A stretch of 64,000 bases of DNA from the human T2T-CHM13v2.0 reference genome, Homo sapiens. Within the stretch, counting starts at the first letter, position 1, and every line of letters starts with the position of its first letter. The notes under the pieces are model-generated. The model ran no database searches. It saw nothing but the letters and a program-made list of their open reading frames with translations, and had not been told where the DNA came from. Both the position numbers and the translations under genes were made by a program. The stretch lies in the NCBI RefSeq assembly GCF_009914755.1, contig NC_060928.1; one strand, given 5' to 3'. Positions 54,880 to 64,000 of this stretch are shown here, piece after piece.

Positions 54880-55690
54880 AAATGTCTTATCCCTAAAAAC
54901 AGAATCTGAGGCAAAGCTTACATGTAAACACATTGTTAGAGTTGCAATTTCAGGGCAGCAAGAAAAGAGAAACAAAGGAAGCAGAGAAATAAAGCAAATA
55001 CAGCCAGCCCCCCATATCCGTAGCTTCTGCATCTATGGATTCAACCAATTGCAATTGAAAATATTTGAGAAAAAAAAAACAATAAAAAACAGAATAATTA
55101 AAATAATACAAATAAATATATATACCATAACACCTATTTACATAGCATTTACATTGTATTAAATATTACAAGTAATCTAGAGATGATTTTAAGTATATAG
55201 GAGACTGTACATACGTTATATGCAAATATTACACCATTTTTATAGAAAGGATTTGAGCATCCCTTGGATATTGGTAATCAAAGGAATTCCAAGAACCAAT
55301 CCCCTGTGCATACCAAGGGATGATTATATGAGGCGATATATAACTAAGGTCACAGCTTTATTTAAAAAAAAAAACAGAAAACAAAAAAACACCAAACGGG
55401 TTGCTCTGACACAGGCAACATCTCTTAAAAGGCCATATGTAAGGTGTCATTGGGTCTTGGAAACATCTAGTGGGTGATTAGGAAGAAGGGCATGGAATTA
55501 GCTTCCTTTTGTCTTCTGTTCCTCATTGGTCAAGCCTTTCTTATGGAAGAATAACTCACCCACAGGTATTATGTTGCCTGGCCAATCCAGACACCTGCCA
55601 GGTAAGCCAGAGCCTCATGGGTTTGGTTGGGTCAAACCTTGGCAATGGGGCTGCTGCAGCTGCTGCTACAAAGGCACCCTAGAATCTGTG
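54880..55690 (-). mobile_element. Degraded ERVL-type LTR hosting MER2
   Basis: ccctaaaaacagaatctgaggcaaagc start and cattggtcaa motif; family uncertain. Confidence 0.35.
55001..55326 (-). mobile_element. MER2 (TcMar-Tigger MITE)
   Basis: TA-flanked; ggattcaaccaa, tatttacatagcatttacattgtatt, aatctagagatgatt, gaaccaatcccc. Confidence 0.88.
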
Positions 55691-57669
55691 CCACAAAAGA
55701 GGTTGGGACAAGTGGTGGTATTTGGAACTGAGACCACAATGGCAATGGCTACTGAGCAAAACCGGAAAGATGCACAAAAACGTCACTTGATTCAAAAAAG
55801 GTTTTACGCATACATTTGGTATTTAAAGAATGCAGTGGCCACATTTTGTACATTTTATATCTAGGCATTTTCCAGCTATTAGAAAACCACAGGGACCATC
55901 AGCCTAGGATGAACCAGTAGCATCATCTTTGCATCCCCCTTTAAAAGCCACCCTGCTTTACTTAATTCCTTAAGAGGAGACTTTGGTTATAAATTCTTGG
56001 AAACTTTCTCTTGTTGCCAAATAAGAGAAAAACTCATTATCATTTCCCTTTAGTTTCTTTTCTTGTTTTGGGGGGTCCTGTGATAACTGGTACTATTTGG
56101 ACCATTGTTCAGTTTTTGAAAAGTTAAACAGAATAAATTCTAGCAACTACAATTAGTGCTCAAGAGACACTTCTCTGATTAGTTGGTGGTCCCTGGGGCA
56201 TCTTTAGTTTGATGGATGATTCTTAGCAGTGCTGTGTTGTGTAACTTAGAAACAGAATTCAAAAATCCCCAAATGTCACAATACATCAGAATTTCAAGGC
56301 TTTTCCCATCTCTACTCCAGAACATGGCCCTTACATGAAACAGTAAGCTTTTAATGGATCTGAGATTCTAGGTGGCTGTGCATTTCCCTCACCTCAGACA
56401 GATATCAAACTTAAAAAAAAATAGCTAATCCTTCAAGATACAGTGATGTGCAAAGTTAGAACTCCTTCAAGAATGCCAATTATCCACTATTCCATTTTTC
56501 TTTAGTGCAGACCATCTTCAAAGATCTGAATTCTAAATATAGTCTAACCCCACCACTTACCATTCCACATTCCTGAATAGCAAATAAGAGAAGTAAATGC
56601 CCATTCCCATGAGGATATTTTTGTCAAAACCTTTGGTGGTGTATGTCATTTATCTTATTCTATATAGCCATTGTCTCCACATTTCCTGTCTGCCTACTGC
56701 TTGATCCAATTCTGGCGTCTTTTGGGTGCTTCAGGAAGACTCTTCATCAGGTCAATTGTTCATCATGTGTAGAAGCACATCATCTGGCATGTATGAATGC
56801 CTAAACAGCACTCTTTAGCACTTTGCTGGCTCAGAGCCTACTACTCATGCAAAGAGGATGGTCAGCAGGTCCAGAGGCTGCAGAAGGAAGAGCAATCATA
56901 TGAATACATGAGCACTTGACAGCTCCAAGGCTGGAGGCTCAGGCTGGTGATGATTAACTCGGGTGATTTGTGGTTTCTCAAGGAAAGACCTCCCAGCTAC
57001 CCTAATTCCACTCCTACAAAATAATATTTCCTGAGTAGGCAGCATTGGTGACTGGTAACCTAACTTCAGGGATGCCTTCTTTTTGAGTTAAGGGATTGCC
57101 TTTTTTAAAGTGGAGGTGTTCTGCAGGACAGGGACGGCTATTATTGCCTAGTGGGTTTGTTGGGATTGGAATCTTTCATTTTCTTTTTGAGGTGCAAGGA
57201 AATGAAAAACCTAAGTGAGAGAAGAAAGGAGAAAATTGAGAGCAGAGGTCAGTCCTGGTGGAATGAGGAGTAGGGTGAGATTTGTCAGTCACCCATGTTG
57301 AGTGATGGGAGAGGAGACCCATGACCAGTTCCACCTTCACTGCCTTGCCCAGGATTGACCCAAAAAACACGAATTATAAGAGAGGTGAATACAGAACCAC
57401 TCAAATCTTATCACTTCATTGCCCCATGAAATCCTTTAATGCCTTTCCACCAACCACATCTTAAATACACACTCATGGCCAATGCCATAAGTAATTATGC
57501 GATGTTACAAGTAATTTATTAATAGAAATAATTCAAGTCTTCCACATTTACTCTTGCTTGGTAAATAACTTTAATAAGAACTTTAAATGGGATCATGGCC
57601 TCCCTTGTTTTAGACACATTAGTGGATAAGAGAGAGAAGGTGAATAATAGCTAGCCTGCCTTATGCATA

Positions 57670-58100
57670 AACCTCAGCCTTTCTCACCTATTTATGGGAT
57701 CACACCCAAACTCTATAACAGGACTTACAAGGCTTTTCTGGGTCTAAGCTTTGTGGCCTCTTCAGCATCACTGCTTGCCACATCTCAGCCATACCAAACT
57801 GCTGGATATTTTCCCAAATGTGCACTTGCTCTGCCTTTACACTACTTTTCCTCCAGTTCCTATTTTGGGATTTTCACTTAATGGTACTCTGATCAAGCAT
57901 TATCTTTTTCAGTAAATAAGACTTTCCAAATAAGCTCTCCCCTGTTACATGGTCTTCACTTGTATAGGCCCTTCTTCTGGGATCTACTCACAAGTCAACT
58001 TCACTATTAGGTGAAGGCTAGAAACTGTCTTATTTTCTCTGTCCCCAGTGTCTGTGCCTTGGCCTGGCCTACATTAGATGCTTTCTATTTGCTGAATAAG
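57670..58100 (+). mobile_element. L2 3' fragment
   Basis: cccaaactctataacaggacttacaaggc...tctgtccccagtgtc...tttgctgaataa. Confidence 0.55.
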
Positions 58101-58540
58101 AAGATAATGTATTCTGCCTCAAAATTTGTCGAAGTTGTTCAGCTTTTATCATCAAAATACATATTAAACAACAAATTGTAAATGGCAAAGTGCAAATAAT
58201 TGCATGCCTAAACTATTCCTACTTTTATTTCTTCCAGTGTCTTTTCTTGGAATGGCAAACTTGGGAATTGATTCCAACCTAGTGAGTTGTTGGGATGTCT
58301 ATACTCTTCACATCATAGGTACCATTCGGCTTCTCTGTACTTCGTAACTTAACACCAATCTCATTTGTAACAAGTGATGTGATTTGATATAATTATGGTG
58401 AGCTTTGTCTATTTTGTGTGTATAAATGAGGCTGTTCAACTTAGTTGGATGCTGTTGCATATCTAACAAGTTTTACATTATTTTTTCTTAGTGCCAAGTG
58501 AAGAAGTATTTCTGAGCAGAAAGGGAAATATTTTAGTTAA

Positions 58541-58880
<340 letters not shown>

Positions 58881-61510
58881 AGTAAAAATAACTTTTTAAG
58901 AAAATTCAGTGTTTATTAGCCTGTAAAACATCAATAAATACAAGTACTGGCATTAGTCAAGGTTATCTGCTTTCCTTGTTAGGAAATAACTTTCCAATAT
59001 TCTCTGAAGTGTTCTCATAATGAGTACAAGAAAATGCAAATTAAAATATTTTCAAATCTGTGTTTTTTCCTATGTAAAACTGTAATAGCAGAGCTTAGGT
59101 TGTTGTGTTTTTTTTTTAAAGCAATGATTGCTCCCAAAATGCATTGAATTACAGCTCATTTCCCATCTTTATAGGAAGGCTCCTTTTTCACTGTAGTGAT
59201 TATAATGAATTATTTACATAATTAAGATAAGCAGTGGGATAACTTTTGTTAGAAAAGATTTCTAACCTAGAATTAGATTGATATTTAAGCCACAGGTTTG
59301 AAAAAGAAAGGCTATGGCCAAACAACAACCACAAAATAACCTATAAAAGCTATAGATTCACCCTTACAGATATATGAATGGGTGTTGAGTTGCACTCACA
59401 GTATGCAAATAGGAAATTATTTGGGTGTCTGTCGTCATAAGATTGAGAAGTCAAACGAGGCAAGTGTGTTAATTATTTGCACACAGTTTCCAGAACTGAT
59501 GACATAAAGGTCCTTTACATTTTCATTTCCCCAAAGCCCACTTATGGAAATATGTTGAAAATGTCTTCCTCTCACAGCTGTGAAAGTGTTTCATTGATTG
59601 ATAGCCTATCAAGCTTGACTGGAAGGTACCATCAAGAAATATTTTGAGCCACTAAGGTTTGCTAGTTTACCTGGAGGTGAATTGTTTTTAATATATAAAT
59701 TCTGCCATGAATACCACTTGGCTGTTTGCTAGTAAATGAGACTGTGCTTTGTTGAGTTTTGCAGGTGAGGCTCGTGTAGTTAATCCACCAGGAAGATATA
59801 TTGACTAAAAGAGAGCCTTCTTGAGCTGAGGAATAAGGAGAAGGCCAGAGGGGAAGGGGTCAGGTCAGGGTGCTTGGGTGGAAAGGGGAGTCAAGCTTTG
59901 TTCTGCATTCCCACCTCCATGGCCAAAGCTGTCATCTTGCAGCTGTTATTTAACCAATCAAATGGTTCCTTTACTTTTTGTTTCATGTTCCTTTGTCTAT
60001 CTGTATATCTGGTCACTATCATAACTTCAACATCATAGTGTAAACTTAGATTTGGTAAGGAACATCACTGGTTACTGAAATATCAGCAATCCTGTGACAT
60101 GTGGTAGATTTTAATTAAAAAGGTTTGTCCCCTCCTGATATTGAGATAGGCTGTTTCCTCTATATTTGGATTTAGACTAATTGTTTCCAAGAGTATTTGC
60201 TATTTCTCGGGCTACCTGGCCTTAGAAGAATGTGCTGTGGCCAACAGAGAGCCAGAAATATACTGCCGAGGAAACCTCAGCCTGGGTAAGGTATGTGCAG
60301 AGTAACTTGATCTAGTGCCAGACTTGGGCATCGTTAGCTCATTGGTTCAGTGAGTGTTTCCTGAAATGAATGATCTGAATATGTGTGACCACCATTCTTT
60401 TGTAGACAGGAGAGATTGTATTGAGGTCATTCCTTGGTTCTAAGCAAGTCCAGCTGGTATGATCATCCAAACACAGAAATTAACTTGAACACCTGGAGTG
60501 TATTCCAAAGTTTGGATGAAAATATGACACAAGGGTCTTTGAATTACAGGGCATTGTTGGGTAGCAATTGGTCAGACAATGTGATGTGGCTGACTCAAAC
60601 TAATATTGCCTTGTGATTTTTGTGGGGAATGGGGATGGCTGGAGTAGTTCACAAAATGACAAATGTCAAGTCTTTTGCTTTCAAAAAGGTGTTTTGCTTT
60701 GAATCTCCTGACTGACGTAAGTGCCTGAGGTGATAGGTTTGTGATATGGGTAACAGAAAACTCCACCTCATGGTCTCTCAGCTGCTGCTGCCTCTATTTT
60801 CCCCTTCCTCTTGGTAATTCCTTGTTCAAATTCCTGAGAAGAGGAACTGGCTTATGACAGAGCTGGGTATGAAAAGATGTCCTGGCATTGGATTGATAGC
60901 CCTTTTATCAGGTGCCCAGTCACCTGGCCACGTGATGCCAAACATGATCACCTAGTGCTACCCCTTCAGCATGGGCTGTGGGTAGGCCGGGGACTGACTG
61001 ACATGTCCAGGAGCAGTGAGCAAACCTGGAAAGTGGCTTGAATTTTTATTCTAATCCTAAGTTTAAAAGTCAAACTTGGAACATGGACTGAATGTTAAAA
61101 GCATACTTCTATTTGACTACAAACTATAGCCAAATTAAGCTAGTGGAAGATACCTTCAAATGAGAAAGATAGCATGTTTTAAAATATACCAACCATTATT
61201 CAATGAAAGGTGATGCTGGTAATGACCCCTCCCCCAGAATAGTATCAAAATAACTTAGAAGGTTGTAAGGGGGACATCCTTTATTGTTTGAATTCTGAGA
61301 AATGTAGAAAATTTTATTGAACTCATGGCACCCACAATACAAAGGGAAATAGGCAAACAGACTTTAGTTTCCCCTATCACAAAACATGCTATTAATGAAG
61401 GAAGGAAGGAATATTTTCTAATGCCCTATAATTAGGGCCAAAATTGATGATAAATGTTATCTAAAGTTCATATATCAGCTCCCAGAATCCTATTTACAAA
61501 TCATAAGATG

Positions 61511-61797
61511 GGCCGGGTGTGGTTGCTCACACCTGTAATTCCAGCACTTTGGGAGGCTGAGGCAGGCAGATCGCTTGAGCCCAGGAGTTCAAGACCAGCC
61601 TGGGCAACATGGCAAAACTTGTCTCTACAAAAAATACAAAAATTAGCTGGGTGTGGTGGCACACACCTGTGATCCCAGCCACTTGGGAGGCAGATGTGGG
61701 AGGATAGCTTGAGCATGGGAGGTAGATGTTGCAGTAAGCTAAGATTATGCCACTCCACTCCAGCCTGGGTGACAGAGTGAGACACTGTCTCAAAAAA
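61511..61797 (+). mobile_element. AluJb-like with (TA)n tail
   Basis: gcttgagcccaggagttcaagaccagcctgggcaacatgg; full dimer. Confidence 0.94.
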
Positions 61798-62750
61798 TAT
61801 ATATACATATATATAGTCAAAGCAGAAAGCAGTAGGAAAGAGCAAAATAATATTCTAAAGCAACTGCCTGAACATAAATATGCAAATATATAGCAATGCA
61901 AAGCTCTTTTACCTTGAGGGAATAATGTCAGTTCCTAGGCAGAGAATGGGGAAAAGGGAAGACATAAAATTTCTGTTTTGAATTCATTCCAATTCTGCAT
62001 AAATATTAGGGATCTTTAAGAATACTTTATAAGAGGTCTCTATAGCACTGGGCCTCTGCAACATTAAATCATTAATACTGCTTAGCAAATAATATTTATC
62101 TTTACAGTTTTTAGTCTTTCCCATTTTGGATATTTTTCACTTCACATAGCAAATATAGTTTAGCAAAGCTGGCTCTACAACAAATTCCATTTTCTTTTCT
62201 ATAATAAATGATCCTAGAATGGTCAATCTTCATGTGTGGGTGGGGGAAACCTCCAAAGTTTGAACACAGCCTTTCTTGTGGTAAATGCAGAAATGAAGTG
62301 TGGCAGAAGGGACATGATAATCCTGGTAGTTCTTTTCTTCTAAATCAGGATCTTCCTTTAGCTACCTCATTGGTTTTTCTCTTCAGAGGCATTATTTTCC
62401 TATGCTATGGCTTCATTAGTCCACAAGTGCAGTGCTGGTAACACTGAGTGGATTCCAACAATAGGATCTTAATTTTCTCCTTCTCTGTTCTCACTATTTA
62501 CTATCTCCAGGTTGAAACTCACCTGTTACTGCAGAGCCTCTGATTAATCTTTCTGCTGCTGACAGATGATCTAGCATGGCAGATAGGCCTTTTCATGGTG
62601 CAGGTCCTGGCACTTCACTATTCTTAGCTTCCCTCCAATTTGCTCCAGCTGCATTAAATGCCTGTAGTTCAAATGTGTCATTCATAGTCCCTCAGTGGCT
62701 GTGTCATATTCTTCCTAGATAGTGCTTCTCAATGTTGTCCAAGGACCCCT

Positions 62751-63380
62751 GTGTATCAGCCAGGGTTCCGGCACAAACAGATGGGAATTTGAGGAGAACG
62801 CAATAAAAGTACTCGTTGTGAGGGTGTGGGCAGGTGTAGAGAAGACACAATGGATAAAGCAGTATTGTAGGCCAGGTTTAGTGGCTCATGCCTGTAATCC
62901 CAGCACTCTGGGAGGCCAAGAAGGTGGATCACTTGAGTCCAGGAGTTTGAGACCAGCCTGGCCAACATGGTGAGACCCCCCATCTCTAGAAATAATAATG
63001 ATAAATACATTTGAAATAAATTTTATAAAAACCAGTATTCTGAAGAGGCATTGGTATTGAGGGGGTGAGAGGAGGGAGCAGTTATCAGAACCTCAAGACA
63101 CAAAGGGCTGTGGAGAGAGCCAGCAGAATGAGCTGTGAACCTCAGAGGAGCAAAGCCGCCACAAGGCGATCTAATGGGCTCTGGTGCTGGGGGTTGAGAG
63201 GCTTCTTTCCCTCTCAACCCTCCTCCTTTCCAGTCTCTGCTGATGCTTTCCATTGGTTGAACCCCACCAGAAGCCACTGGTCAAGGGAGTTCATAATGCA
63301 GACCAAGCAGGTCAGTCCCAGGGCATGGGCAGGGTAGGGAAAGGCTAGTGTGGCTCAGGCGGGTAAACATAAGGTACCAT
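62751..63380. mobile_element. LTR78-like old LTR interrupted by a FLAM
   Basis: tgtatcagccagggttcc start; ccattggttgaaccccaccagaagccac motif. Confidence 0.5.
62870..63027 (+). mobile_element. FLAM / Alu left monomer
   Basis: ggccaggtttagtggctcatgcctgtaatcccagc...ccccatctcta plus A-rich tail; TSD-like aaagcagtattgta / aaaccagtattctg. Confidence 0.88.
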
Positions 63381-63471
63381 CATACCTGGCATCAGAGTCC
63401 CCTGCAGGAGTTGTGGAAGAAGCAGATTGTTGAGGCCCATCCCACCTGCTAAAAGAATCTCTGTCTCTGCT

Positions 63472-63815
63472 TGTGATAGAGGCAGTAAGCCACCACTGAA
63501 GAGCTTTGCTTCACTTTCATAGAGTAATTGCTGGAAGCTGCTCTACAGCCAGCGCCTACCCTGAATCTAGATGAAGCCATGGGATGAGCTTTGCTCACAG
63601 ATGTCAGTGGAAGTAAGTATGTCGCTTCTGCACTACAGTCTTAAGAATGGGTGTACCTGATAGGGTTCTCTCCTTCCTACTGCCCATCTGGATGCAGAGA
63701 ACTCAGAGGCCCTAGGGCACAGCAGAACCACAAGATAAGAGGATCAGGGTCCCTGGAGCATCACAAGGAGGAAAGCATCCCACCAACAAGGGCATCGCAC
63801 ACAAGCAAGAAAGAA
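63472..63815 (+). mobile_element. MLT1 (I/J-like) LTR
   Basis: gcagaaccacaagataagaggatcagggtccctgg...ggaggaaagc. Confidence 0.5.
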
Positions 63816-63849
63816 ACTTTGAAAAAAGTTATTAAAATGTTTAAGTATT

Positions 63850-64000
63850 AGCAAAATTAAAATAATGAGTCTCATTTACCCATTACCCAGATTCAACAAT
63901 TACCAAAGATTTTCTCTATTGGCTTAACTGTCCCTTTTGTCTTTTCTTTGTTAAAGTATTTCAAAGTAAACACCAGGCATTGTGTCATTTCATCATTTCG
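63850..64000 (-). mobile_element. L1ME-like fragment, truncated by window end
   Basis: tacccattacccagattcaacaatt...aagtatttcaaagtaaacaccagg. Confidence 0.5.

Overview
Primate (very probably human) non-coding DNA made mostly of transposable elements: Alu, L1, L2, MIR, MaLR/ERVL/ERV9 LTRs and hAT/Tigger DNA transposons. I see no host protein-coding gene, tRNA/rRNA gene or CRISPR array. The ORFs I can recognise are L1, Alu or LTR-element derived, and the rest look like chance ORFs. Highlights: (1) a heavily decayed but colinear Ty3/Gypsy (Sushi-like) gag-zinc knuckle-protease-RT-RNaseH(-integrase) fossil on the minus strand at ~10.9-21.0 kb, split by younger insertions; (2) a full-length L1PA6/7-like element with broken ORF1/ORF2 but an open antisense ORF0, facing a complete CCAAT-rich LTR12 solo LTR; (3) a ~131-bp templated copy of nearby unique sequence inserted inside an Alu; (4) two ERVL (ERV3-16A3/LTR16-type) internal remnants with internal inversions, plus a third ERVL provirus hosting a deep nest of insertions. 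Subfamily names come from recalled consensus sequences and need RepeatMasker/Dfam confirmation. I cannot support a new functional biological system from sequence alone.
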